The position numbers and the translations under genes are program-made. The notes beneath the pieces were generated by a model. The model saw nothing but the letters and a program-made list of their open reading frames with translations. It searched no databases and was not told the DNA's origin. Positions 1-12,177 of a DNA stretch of 64,000 nucleotides are shown piece after piece (position 1 is the stretch's first letter; each line of letters begins with the position of its first letter). This DNA is from the human T2T-CHM13v2.0 reference genome, Homo sapiens: the NCBI RefSeq assembly GCF_009914755.1, contig NC_060933.1. The stretch is one strand, 5' to 3'.

Positions 1-98
1 TGTTAGCCAGGATGGTCTCGATCTCCTGACCTCGTGATCCGCCTGCCTCGGCCTCCCAAAGTGCTGGGATTACAGGCGTGAGCCACCGCGCCCAGTCT
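1..98 (-). mobile_element. AluY-type left arm (cut by window edge)
   Basis: TTAGCCAGGATGGTCTCGATCTCCTGACCTCGTGATCC...GTGAGCCACCGCGCCC. Confidence 0.92.
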
Positions 99-784
99 AG
101 CCTCATTTGTTAAATACGCTTTCATTAAGGTAGCCTAGGAACTCAGCCACCCTATAGATTGTTGCTTCAGTACAGAAATGAGTCCCACATTTAAAAGAAC
201 ATTTTATCACTGTTTGTGGTGTTTTAATATCCAGACTTTTGTGGTCTTCATGTTGGAATCAATAATATATGTCAATATATTTTGGTATATATTAATATGT
301 AATTATATTTTAATATATGGAAGCATACATCATATATTAAAATATATGCATAACTGAATTAAATATATACATTTAATGTATATATTTTAAAAATTAGTAA
401 TGCTTCTAAATGTCAGTGAGTGCCCTCAGCTTCTGACAATGCTTAATCTACCGGTGTCTAAACAGCATTGCAGTGTTCCTGCTGCTTAAATCATATAGGA
501 TTCATTTTAGCTAAGGCTAAATTAGGGGAATAACTGAAGATATATCGGAAATGGAAACCCCAAAGAGTAATAGCTATGAATTCTGTAAATGGGAAGACAG
601 ACCAGCCTTTACTGTAGCAGTCAATATATAGAGATAAGGTCTTACACTGGTGTTTTTGTTTGTTTGTTTGTTTTTTTAAACTACTGATGCCTCAGTCCTA
701 CCCCTGGAAATATGAGTAAAATGGGGCCAGGACAACAGAAAGTTGAGAGCTTCTTTTTGTACTGGCTTTAAAAGCAAGGATCTA

Positions 785-1095
<311 letters not shown>

Positions 1096-1429
1096 GCATG
1101 GAGCTAGGTCAGAAATAGCTACAGACTGAGAGTAATCACTGTAAGTAGTGACACAAAGACTAATCTTTGTGCAGTGTGGAAAGTACAGCTGGGTTGTTTC
1201 TTTGATTCCTCCTGCCCCATTGAGCCATACCTACAGAGAGCAGCTGTGAAAAACTATCACTTTCAACAATGAAGAATAGTAATATGTCATAATGGAGATT
1301 ATGAAGTTCAGAAAGGGGTAAATGCAGTTTTGGGGAGGGCTGAGACTAAGAGAGAACACAATAAGACAGGCAATTAAGACTGACATGAAAGATCAGTCAC
1401 ATTGATAGGATATACTCTTGATATGATAT

Positions 1430-1850
1430 AATGAGAATGGCAGTTTACCGCTGTGGTTTTCTTTTCCCAAAACCCATAACCACAGCCTAACCATGAGAAA
1501 GACATCAAACAAATCCCAATTTGGGACATTCTGTAGAATACCTAACCCAGTATTCCTTAAAAACAATGAAAGTCAGAGATACTGTCACAGCCAAGAGGAG
1601 CCTAGGGAGACATGACAACTAAGTGTAATGTGGTATCCTGGATAGAATTCTAGAACAGAAAAAAATTAAAAACTAAAGAAATCATGTATGAGCTTCAGTT
1701 AATAAGGTATCAATATTGTTTCATTAATTTTGTCAAATTTACCATACTAATGTAAGATGTCACTATTATAGGGGAAACTGGCTGTGGTGCACATGAGAAC
1801 TCGTTGTACTATCTTCACAATTTTTCTGTAAACCTAAAACTGTTCTAACC
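1430..1850 (+). mobile_element. Old L1 3' UTR (L1MD/L1MC-like)
   Basis: CCCAAAACCCATAACC...GAGGAGCCTAGGGAGACATGACAACTAAGTGTAATGTGGTATCCTGGAT...TTTTCTGTAAACCTAAAACTGTTCTAA. Confidence 0.75.
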
Positions 1851-2134
1851 CTAAACCTAGCCAGTAATGGTGCCTTGGTAATTAAAACACCATGCTGATG
1901 AGTATATGATTTCTAGCTAGCTTTATGAACCCCATGATAGAATTTGGATATGTCAGTCCAAATTTATCACTCTTAGTGGAAAATCAGGGTAGGTTCACTT
2001 CATTGTTAAGAATACAACAGTAACATTATTCGCCTTTGTAACTTAAAACACATCCCAGCGTCACATACCATTTGTACCCCCGCCTCCCCTCTCAAACCCA
2101 TTGCTTCCCCACTGGCCGCCCCCTACCCCCCACC

Positions 2135-2248
2135 AAAAAAAAAAAAAAAAGGAAAAGGAAAGAAAAAAGGAGAAGGTAAAAAGGAAGGAAAGAAGGTAAA
2201 AGAGAAAGTAGAAAGAGAGGAAAGGAAGGAAGAATGGAAAGAAGAAAA
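2135..2248. repeat. Poly(A) plus GA-rich low-complexity tract
   Basis: A15 then GGAAA/GAAG units. Confidence 0.85.
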
Positions 2249-3039
2249 CTCACAATGGTTGGCAAATAAACCTCTATATTTCAAAGGTTATTGTGAGGAT
2301 AAAACTCTTATAGTTATGATATAAAAGATTTAACGCGGTGTTGGTACATGTTGTTGGAATAATTCACAGTCAACATAATGAGCAGTGATACAAAGTTCAG
2401 GTGTTGTAGCAGACGTATTTTGAGTTTACAGATATTAAACAGTGAAAGTAAATTTTGGGTTTCTGTTAAGAAACACGTAAAATAGCCATTAGAGTTTTGT
2501 GGATATGTCAGGTAAATTTTGAAGGCATTTTAGAAATGTCAACTTGCTAACTCTAGGTGACTAAAATAGGTAAGCTTTTTATAAATAAGGTAGATTGAGA
2601 AATTTTTGGATATGAAATTAATGATCTGTATGATGACTGATATTTTATTTTGCAAATCAGCATAATGTTTACTGTGTCTCTTCTTGTTAAAGTGTTTTAT
2701 TTACCTTTCCTGTGTTTGACTGTCTATTCTTGATATTATGTGGTCATTATTTCTTTGCCTCTGTCATTATGTACTGTTTGCATCTTTTCCGTAGTATCTT
2801 GATCTTCAAAATAACCAGGCATGCTATTTACATGAAGCAGATAAGCATAACCCATGTAAATTTTCATTGAGTCACTGAGAGGTGGTGTGTGTTTTTTCCC
2901 TTTTACTTTAAAATGATTTATTTATTTATTTATTTTTGCTGGCAGCCTTAATAATGTTTTCATAAAATATGATCGATTTATAAGTCTGTTTTACATGCCT
3001 TTCCCTTTTTGTCTTAGTGCTTTGCTTCTAAGTTGCAGA

Positions 3040-3520
3040 TGCAGTGGGTGAACAATACCCTGTGTGGTGTGACAGGTAAATTTCCCAATTTACCTGCCGT
3101 AATAGTGTGCTGTGTAATGCCATTCAATCATCTCTGAATTTTACTTGCCTGATTAGTTAAGTGAAGCAGATTTTCAATTTAAATGTAACTTCATCTGCTT
3201 GATTAAAAATGTAACAGAACATTATCTGCTGCAAATAAATTTCAGTGGAAGAGATGATTTTTGCCTGTTTAAAAATAACATCTGTTTATGTTGGCTGGAA
3301 GCAGACGATTAATACCTCTCTAATTTCGAGGTTTACCAGTCCAGCTCACCTGTCTCTTTGCATGGATAGTTGAAATTGATGGCTGTCGAGTATAAACATT
3401 TACCTGTTGATGTTGAGTTGATGGATTTCTTTTTTAAGGATAATACAGAATCCCATCATTGGGCATTCATTTATTTGCTGCTCATCAAGATGATTGACAG
3501 TTTTGCCAACAACATGGAAA
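3040..3520. promoter_or_regulatory. Candidate conserved non-coding element / developmental enhancer
   Basis: No recognisable repeat; retained CpGs; TGACAG 3070-3075, PBX-MEIS decamer TGATTGACAG 3491-3500, several TAAT/ATTA cores, nested inverted repeats. Confidence 0.45.
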
Positions 3521-3769
3521 AAGGATCTTCCTTCATGATGCATATGAGAAAAATTTTACCCCTCAATGATGAGTGCCCTACAGAAAAACATATTCTTGTA
3601 GATTCTTTTTCATAGTTGGTATTTATTTGAATTTTGAGTTTAGAGTCCATAAGTATAAATTTAAGTCAAGTGCATAGTAAATTAGGGTAGTACACCCCTG
3701 CTGGCATTTTTCATCAAGTGATTGTATGTATAGGCCATAAGGACAAGGAGAAAGATAGGAAAAACCAAA

Positions 3770-3850
3770 ATGGTTATTTTTTTTCCCCTGCACTTAGCAT
3801 AGTGTTAGGCATGTAGTAGACTACTCAATAAATATTTATTGAATTTGAAT
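3770..3850 (+). mobile_element. L2 3' end
   Basis: CCCCTGCACTTAGCATAGTGTTAGGCATGTAGTAG...CTCAATAAATATTTATTGAAT. Confidence 0.7.
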
Positions 3851-5142
3851 TAAAAATTAGGCACAGAGTATATTTGATATTCTATAAATGTAATAGACTA
3901 GATGTCATTGGTTTAAATATGTAGCTGAAAATTAGAGCAGAAAGAAATTACAGAATGCTAATTGGTCTGTTTATGTTTTTTAAGTGAAAACTTCCTTTTA
4001 GGAGCTTATTAAAAGTAGATTTTTAAACACAGAATTCTCCTGTAAACGTCCTCTAGGGGGAAAAAAGACATTGCATACTGTTAATTTTCCTAACTGGTAA
4101 GTAAAACTGGGTTAAAAAAATAGATTCAGAAAATTCTAATGTTAATAATACAGTGGTACAATTTGGTGGTTTTAAAAGTATATTTAGTATATAGTAAAAC
4201 ACTATTTGTTTTCTGAAAATTGCTGTAGTTTCACAATCTGAAAAAAACGTCTTGTCTTTTTGAATGCTGTATTTACTTTGGTGGAATATTTTGAACATGC
4301 CACTTATTTATAGAGGAATAATTTTGCATTCTTTTGGTAACATTTTTGTTGTCCTTTGTTATAAAGCAAACATAAATATTGGCTTGTCTGTTACTGAATT
4401 GATAAATTGCAAACTCTTATTTTAGTTGTAATGGGTTTTGGCCACATTGTGTATGATTTGAGTTGAAACTATTTCAGGCAGGTATTTGAGGAGATTTTCT
4501 TTATCAAAATGCTTCAAATCACAAATCAACAAAATTAATTTTTGTTCTCAAATATATAGGATACTTTATTCTAAGTGAGACTATATAAGATATTTAATCT
4601 CTAATTAGTAGATTTGGTCATTTCGGATGATATGATTGTTTTATTTATAAAACAAATATTTGGAGATTGTTTTCCAATACATCAGGTTATTCCTTGATAT
4701 TTAGCAGAAGTTTTTGCCATAGTGCTTAATGAAAACAGCTCAAACTGTTAAAATACATTTTTGGTATAAGTATATTTGGTATGTTCTATGCTTTAATTAT
4801 TAATTTGTAATTTTATTTTAACAAATTACTTTGTGTAGTTTTTTTTTAGAAGCAGATCAGCTCAGTGTAAGAAACTTAGAATATTGTTTTGTAGCTTTCT
4901 TTGTTATTTCGTTGTCCTTCCTTTTTATTTGTAGTTTGCAAGGGTAGATGAGATTTTTTTTTCAGTTTCACTTGTCCAGATGATATTTAATGTAGAATGA
5001 ATAAACTCAGAAGAGCAGCCTTTACCTAAGGAAGAAGGTATGACTACTTCAAATTGTTTCATCACTTAGTTTGACTTCAGAGATTTTTGCTCTGTGATTT
5101 GCACTGACTTCAAAACTTTTTGCATGTATCTCAAAAGTGGGT

Positions 5143-5760
5143 GAGAACATTTATAGCAGCATTATTCATAATAACCAAACTTGGAAATAAACGCTATATC
5201 CATCAGTTGATAAATTGACATACAAAATGTGGTATATTCTTAAAATGGAATATTATTCAGTCATAAAAAGGAATGAAGTACAGATTCATGCTTTAACATA
5301 CCTGAGCTTTGAAAACACGTTAGTGAAAGAAATGAGACACCAAAGGCCACAAAATATGTGATTCCATTTACGTGAAATGTCCAAATGGGCAAATCCATAC
5401 AGACAGGAAGTAGATTAGTAGCTGACAGGAAGGAGCTGGGAGAATGTGGGAATGGAAAGGTACTGTAATGGATGTGGGATATATGGAAGATGTTCTGGAT
5501 TATGGTTGCACAACTTTGTGAATGTACTAGAAAATACTTGCACATTTCAAAAAGGTGATTTTTCTTTATTTTTATAAATTTTTAAAAAAAATTTGAGATG
5601 GAGTCTTGCTGTGTCGCCCAGGCTGGTCTTAAACTTCTGGGCTCAAGCCATCCTCCCACTTCAGCTTCCCAAAGTGCTGGGATTCAGGCATGAGCTACTG
5701 TGCCCAGCCCAAACAGATGATTTTTATGGTGTGTGAATTATATCAATGTTTTTAAAAAGG
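5143..5760 (+). mobile_element. L1MB-type 3' end, interrupted by FLAM
   Basis: ACATTTATAGCAGCATTATTCATAATAACCAAA...GGTTGCACAACTTTGTGAATGTACTA; resumes after 5710 (TTTATGGTGTGTGAATTATATCAAT). Confidence 0.8.
5563..5710 (-). mobile_element. FLAM (free left Alu monomer)
   Basis: GAGATGGAGTCTTGCTGTGTCGCCCAGGCTGGTCTTAAACTTCTGGGCTCAAG; left monomer only; degenerate TSD AGGTGATTTTT/AGATGATTTTT. Confidence 0.85.
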
Positions 5761-6066
5761 GAGTTGAAATATATAAATCGTTGGTTTATAGAGATATTAT
5801 TACTAGATGAGCTAGTCATTGCTAATTCTTTGACATTTATGCTGTAATCTGATGCTGTGAAGACTGAAAATGTTGACAGGGAAATAGGCTGCAAGTTCGA
5901 GGCTGGCCTTTTAATGAGTTGTTAAAAAATACAAAATTACAGTTGTCAGTCTTGTCTTAAAATCTTAAGAATAGCATTTCAATTTTTGTTGATAATACAG
6001 GCACATTTATCTATTAGCATTATTTTTGCTTATTTTTTTACATATCTTCTAATGATTACAGTTGTA

Positions 6067-6391
6067 TTTTTTTTTCTTTTTTTCTTTTTTTTTTTGAGAT
6101 GTAGTCTTGCTCTGTTGCCTAGGCTGGATGTAGTTTCGCTCTGTCACCTAGGCGATCTTGGCTCACTGCAGCCTCCGCCTCCCAGGTTCAAGCCATTCTC
6201 TTGCCTCAGCCTCTTGAGTAGCCAGGATTACAGGCACACGCCACCACGGCTGGCTAATTTTTGTATTTTTAGTAGATAAGGGGTTTCACTTGTATTGGTG
6301 AGGCTGGTCTCAAACTCCTGACCTTAAGTGATCCGTCCACCTCAGCCTCCCAAAGTGCTGGGATTATAGGCATGAGCCACCGCGCCTGGCC
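6067..6391 (-). mobile_element. AluS (Sx/Sz-like) with internal 27-nt duplication
   Basis: Full dimer; TSD-like CAGTTGTA/CAGTCGTA. Confidence 0.92.
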
Positions 6392-6565
6392 CAGTCGTAG
6401 TGATTTCAAAGATGGAACATAAGACAGCCTTGTGGAAAATCAGTCTGTCTTGAAATTGTGTTGTTATTTTTTGAGGTTTCAGTATATTCATTTTAGTGTG
6501 AGAGAATGACATCCTTTAAGGTACATGGTGGATACATTGTTAAATCGTAGTAACATCCTTCTGTG

Positions 6566-6726
6566 AGCCTAGTGCTGGGCACATGTTTGCAATCCCAGCT
6601 ACTCAGCAGGCTGAGGCAGGAAAGTCCCTGGAAGCCAGGAGCTCAAGGCTGTAGTGTGCTATGATTGTACATCTGAGTAGCCACTGCACTTCAGCCTGGG
6701 CACCATAGTGAGACCCCCAACTCTAA
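6566..6726 (+). mobile_element. FAM-like fossil Alu monomer
   Basis: GTGTGCTATGAT...GAGTAGCCACTGCACTTCAGCCTGGGCACCATAGTGAGACCCC (7SL/FAM-type segment absent from dimeric Alu). Confidence 0.75.
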
Positions 6727-7399
6727 GCAGGGTCAGGGGAGAGAAACAGAAAAGAAATCCTTCAGGAAATATTTAGGAAGATAGAAATAATTATATTAAA
6801 ATCAATGTAAACATTTATGAAATGTAAATATATTCTATCAAAAATTATGTTGATTAAAAAGTTTTCTTGGCACTTTTAGATTAAAAACCATAAATCAGCA
6901 GTAGCTTATGCAATGTTCATGTGCTTGAAATTAGACATCTCTTTATTTAATACATAACAGTACATTGTATACCGTTTGAAGCTGTGTGAACTCTCATTTT
7001 GTGACTCAGAGGAGAGAGAATAGGTACTTGAATATAAAATATTAGTTCACCTTTCAAAATCAATCCAGTGTGAAATATTGGTTGCCTGAGAGGTCAGTCA
7101 TACAGAATTGTGTGCTTTATTATTTGAAATGTTATTTGTTTTCAGCCTGGTGCAGAAATCCTTTTCCTTCAGTTATATTTTAGAACCACTGTGTGAGTAC
7201 ATTACTTTTTAGGTTTTGGGCCTCATGGACATTCTTAGCAACTTGTTTTCACAGCCCTTTCTTTGATGTTCATTTGAACCATAGCGTTGTTGATATTCAG
7301 AGTATTTTGACCTACAAACATAAACATTTTATATGGTTCAAACTAACAGTTAATTTACTTCAGTTTACCAGGCATGGATGAGTACAGTTTCAATGCTAA

Positions 7400-7615
7400 T
7401 AGCAAATATTTTACTTATTTTACTTTCCTGAGCACTTTACATGTTTTCACTGTTTTCCTCCTCACATCAACAACCCCAATGAATTTTATCTCTCATTTAT
7501 AAATAAAGAAATAGGTGTAAAGAGATAAAGTAATATGCCCAAGTAAGTGGGAAACTCAGGATTTGAACCCAACTCCTCTTGCTCCAGAGTCTACACGCTG
7601 AACAACAATGCTATT
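7400..7615 (-). mobile_element. MIR
   Basis: AGCACTTTACATG...AAGTAATATGCCCAAG...CAGGATTTGAACCCA...CTCCAGAGTC. Confidence 0.7.
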
Positions 7616-8413
7616 CCGCCCTCTACCCTTGATCTAGTCCCCTCTTGGCCATCTGGTAGTTTTGTAAATTCAAGCATAGCTCCTTCTATGGCCTTGAGCC
7701 CCTCCTTTCCCTGCACAGTAGAGAGGGGTTGGACTTTTATTGGATTGTGTTTGTATTGTAATTGTGTGTTTTTCCAGATGTGTTTTCTAGCCACAGGAAG
7801 AGATACTCAAATAAGTCTTTCAACAGTATCTATTATGCTGACATTCACACTTGTTTGTGTTATTTTGTACGTTTTGGAAGCCTTCTGTAGTTAAGTATTA
7901 GTTGAGCTAATTCCTTACTGTTTTTGTGTCATACTTTGTTATGGAGCAACGTAATATGTGTATGTTGTTAACTGAATCGATAGAAATCTAAGAATCAACT
8001 TGGTCTATATCATCTGATGATTCAGGGGCTGGTTTGGATCATTGATAAAGTAAATTATTCCCTGTTTTACTTAACTCCTTAGTGGCAGTTTTCTAGATTC
8101 CCATTATTGGCTTGCATCAAAAAAAAAAAAAAAAAGGCATTTAAAAAGTTATGCCAGAGCTGGGAGAGCAAGAGGTGCTCTATGTTTTACTGATGGGGCC
8201 TGGCAGGATCCTATTCCTGCTCTCCTGATCTCTTATCCTGAATCCCCTGACACCTCTATTTCTGGAATTTTTCTCTTTTGTACTTGGTATCAGTAAGGAA
8301 ATACATAGTACGAATACCCTGAGAGAGATTTCCAGCTTTATTTATTGATCTGACTGTCTTTCAGCTGATAAAATGCTATTTTATTACCCAAGTTTTAACC
8401 TCTGTCTGGTGAT

Positions 8414-8445
<32 letters not shown>

Positions 8446-8446
8446 G
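8414..8446. repeat. (TTG)11 microsatellite
   Basis: Perfect 33-bp trinucleotide run. Confidence 0.95.
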
Positions 8447-9177
8447 AAGTTCAGGCTGCATGTGGGATAGGTTTGCTCAGGCATACTTCTTAGGAAGTAG
8501 TCACTTGCATGACTGTTTTTGGGATAACTCTTTGAGTATTTGGAGAGGTCTATTGTAACTTCTGAAAGGCATTGTTTTTACGTATGAATGTTCTAAAATT
8601 CATTCTAAATGGTCATGAAAAGAAAAGGATTCACATTTTAGAATGGCAATAGTCCCTGAGGACTATTATGTCTTTTAGATTTCCTGTGGGTTTCTAGGAA
8701 TGTTAGTGTAACTTAGATTTCCACCTACCTGATTTCTGGATGTGCCTATTGGAACTTGCTGAGATCTTTTTTTTTCCTTAACATGTTGTCCCCTTGACCC
8801 GTACTTCGAAACTAAACATATTATTTTATTTGCTTACACTTCAGGAGGCAATTGGCAGACACCAGGCCAACAGTCTCTAGAGGTCGTGGGTGCCATCTAC
8901 AAGTAGTCATGGTTTTTTATTGTATTTTAAAGTCCGCAAAAGATCTCTTGCTATGTTAGGTACACATACTATAGGTGATCACCTCCTATCCCTTAGGAGT
9001 TGTGATCATCTACCATCATTTGGACACTCATTTAGGCAGTCTTCCTGGGTGTTCCATTTGATCTGGTGTTAAATGATAAGGTGAATATCAGGTTACAATT
9101 TAGAGCCTTTAAATAAATAAGATGATGTATTATTTTGCATATAAATGTACACTGTTCTTGTTTGCTACTTAAAGGAA

Positions 9178-9624
9178 TGTATTAGTTTCTGAGGGCTGCT
9201 GTAACAAATTACCATAAACTCAATGGCTTAAAACAGCAGAAATTTCTTCTCTCAAGAGTTCTGGAGGCCAGAAGTCTGTTGGCAAGCTTGGTTCCTTGTA
9301 GAGCTCTGAGGGAGGCCTGTCTGTGCCTCTTTTCTGGTGTCTGGTGTGGCTGGTAATCTTAGGCATTCCTTGGCTTGTGATTGCATCACTCCAGTCTTTA
9401 CCTCTGTCTTCAGGTGGCTTTGGTCTCAAATTTTTTTCTTCTTTTTCTTCTATGGACACCTGTCATTGGTTTCAGGGTCCACTCTAAATTCAGGATAATC
9501 TCACCTCAAGATCCTTAATTATATCTAGAGGGACCCTGTTTCCAAATAAGGTCACATTCAGAAGTTCTTGGGGTTAGAATTTGGATATGTTTTTGTGGGA
9601 GGGGACACTATTTGATGCACTATC
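9178..9624 (-). mobile_element. MaLR solo LTR (MLT1A/B/C-like)
   Basis: TGTATTAGTTTCTGAGGGCTGCTGTAACAAATTACCA...TTCTGGAGGCCAGAAGTC...TTCCAAATAAGGTCACATTC...GGGGACACTATTT. Confidence 0.85.
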
Positions 9625-10923
9625 AGGAATATCTGTTCATTCATGCATTTTATTTATTTATTTTTACAATTTCAGCCAATTTGCTAAGCATCTTACATTA
9701 TACAGTACATATGTTATACTTTTTTTCTGGGACATAATATTTTGGAGATTGTATTATTTCCCATCTCATTATTCAGTAAACCTGAACTCTCACACTGGGA
9801 TTTTGTGGGGTTGGGGGTGTGTGGAAAATCTGTTTTATTAAACTTAGTTTGCTATAATTTTTTCAGATTATTAAAAACATGTTCTAAACATGAGTGTATG
9901 ATTATGTTTAGTTTAATATTATTTATTTTTTAGTTCCTTTTACTTTCTATCCCACCATTTGTGGATAGCATGTAAATAAATCTTGAAATTTGGGGCAAGA
10001 GAAACGTAAGAGGTTAATCCACTTCTAAGGCTACATCATTTTCAGAGTAACTGATTCCAAGGATGAGCAGAATATATTTATTTAATAGCTATGAGAGATG
10101 GATTTTCATAAACTTTTATCCAAAGTAACAAGATTCTCACATTCAGTGTAAAGGGTGTTATGAAAATGTAAAGTTCATTAATATGCTGTATATTTTTATC
10201 CCCTTGAATGTAATTTAGAGATTATATACTGTAATAGGATTTATGACATTATACTGTTTAATCTTTAGGGTGTTACAAACACATCAAGGACAGTTGGCAG
10301 TAACTGAAGTTTGCTTGCATTTTAAGAATGCATTAGTATTGCTGAGTATCATGTACTTTCCTAAAAATAAAGAAAATTATACTCTTAGAATATTTACAGA
10401 TTCAAATATTTTTTTTTCCTTGCAGGCCAAGAATAAAATCTTTATGAACTAACAAGATGAATTAAAGATGGAATGATTCATTTCTATGGTTAGGTTTTAA
10501 TTAATACATGGGGGATGATTTTGGCACTTTTTCAAAGAATTTGTTTCTGTGTATCTGAATTTGCACCTACTCTGTAACCTAACTGCGATTTATAAAATGA
10601 AACAATCTCTTCTAATTTGGCACTTGATAGGTGCTTTGACTTTAAAAGGCAAGTGTATTTTTCTGTCACGAATATCTTGTCATTCTAAAATAAGTAAAAA
10701 CAATGGATTGATGAAACTTCTTCACTGCTTTTTTCTTTGTGTATAACAAATACATTGATATTTTACTGGCATAAAATGTGTATTTTAGTTGAGTCTTTAA
10801 ATTATTGCTCAGTGTATTTTGTTTATTTTAAGCCATTATTACTTCCTTTATGTTGGATTTGGATAGTTTAGATTGTAAGCTTCTAAAGGGCAAATAATAC
10901 ATCTTTTCAACTGTGGTCTTGAC

Positions 10924-11263
10924 TAGCAGTCCCAAACCTTTTTGACACCAAGGACCAGTTTCATGGAAGAAAATTTTTCCATGGACAGGGGTCGGGGGAT
11001 AGTTTCGAGATGAAACTGTTCCACCTCAGATCATCAGACATTAGATTATCATAAGGAGCATACAACCTAGATCCCTCGCATGTGCAGTTCACAATAGGGT
11101 TCATGCTCCTATGAGAATCTAATGCAGCAGCTGATTTGACAGGAGGCGGAGCTCAGGCTCTAATTCTGACTAGCCTGCCGGCTGCTCACCTCCTGCTGTG
11201 TGGCCCAGTTCCTAACAGGCCACGAACTGGTACTGATTGTTCCCCAGAGTTTGGGGACCCCTT
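10924..11263 (+). mobile_element. MER1B (hAT-Charlie MITE), full length, inside an L2 3' end
   Basis: Degenerate TIRs TAGCAGTCCCAAACC...TTTGGGGACCCCTT; perfect 8-bp TSD GTCTTGAC at 10916-10923 and 11264-11271. Confidence 0.9.
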
Positions 11264-11484
11264 GTCTTGACAGTATCATGCACAGGTAGGTACTTTTAAG
11301 CTGTTTGATATTATTGTTTCTACTTCGGGAGATGGGAAGATAAATGGAATAAAATGAGCAAAGTGGCAGTGCCATTAAAGATCTGTGGATATCTGATTTC
11401 TCACAGAATTCACAGAATTACCCTTCATTAAAAGATGCAAATGGCAGTTTTATGAAGTCTTTTTGCCCTGTTTTGTGTTGGGTG

Positions 11485-11578
11485 TTCAGTACAGATGCAA
11501 TTTTTTTTTTTTTAAATTTTCGATACAGGGTTGGTTGAATCCACTGTTGTGGAACCCATGGGTATGAAGGCCCGACTG
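11485..11578 (+). mobile_element. MER2 (Tigger-type) terminal fragment
   Basis: TTTTCGATACAGGGTTGGTTGAATCC...GGAACCCATGGGTATGAAGGCCCGACTG; strand uncertain. Confidence 0.7.
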
Positions 11579-11848
11579 TGCTGGGTTAAAAGGTCTTTTC
11601 TGTTAGAACTTAAAAATACTATCCTACTTCCTTTTGTCCTCTGTGGTTTCCGATGACAAATTCTCAGTTATTCTAATTTTGTTACTTTGTGAGTAATGCA
11701 AGTGAAACTTAAGAATTTGAAAATTTGAGTTTTCAGCCATTATTTACTCAAATGCTTTTTCTTTCTCCACTATACTCTTCTTCCCTTCTGGAACTTGAGG
11801 AAATGAATATTAGACCTCTTGATAACTATTGTCCTGTAAGTCCTTGAG

Positions 11849-12166
11849 GTTTTTTATTTTTATTTTTATTTTTTTGTTTTAAGAGACAGGGTCTCATTCT
11901 GTCTCCCAGCGTGAAGTGCAGTGGTGTGATCACAACTCACTGCTGCCTCAAAATTGGCTCAAGCAATCCTCCTGCCTCCACCTTCAGAATAGCTGGAACT
12001 ACAGATGTGTGCCATCATGCCTGACTAATTTTTTTTATCTTATTTTTTATAGTGCCAAGATTTCACTATGTTGCCCCAGTCTGGTCTCGAACTCCTGGGC
12101 TCAAGTGATCCTCCCACCTCAGCCTCCCAGAGTGCTGGAATTAGGTGTGAGACACCATGCCCAGCC
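11849..12166 (-). mobile_element. AluJ
   Basis: GAGACAGGGTCTC, GCTCAAGCAATCCTCC, CTCCTGGGCTCAAGTGATCCTCCC; TSD CCTTGAGGTT/CCCTGAGGTT. Confidence 0.9.
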
Positions 12167-12177
12167 CCTGAGGTTGG

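Noticed and set aside
3370-3615. 81-aa ORF in the candidate conserved block
   Set aside because: TTG start, no recognisable homology, length expected by chance
7146-7192. 47-nt candidate exon with GTGAGT donor
   Set aside because: Peptide not recognised; such site pairs are common by chance in T-rich introns
10426-10488. Strong acceptor (TTTTTTTCCTTGCAG) with donor ATG|GTTAGG
   Set aside because: Stops in all three frames and a weak donor; at most a cryptic or non-coding exon, untestable without RNA data
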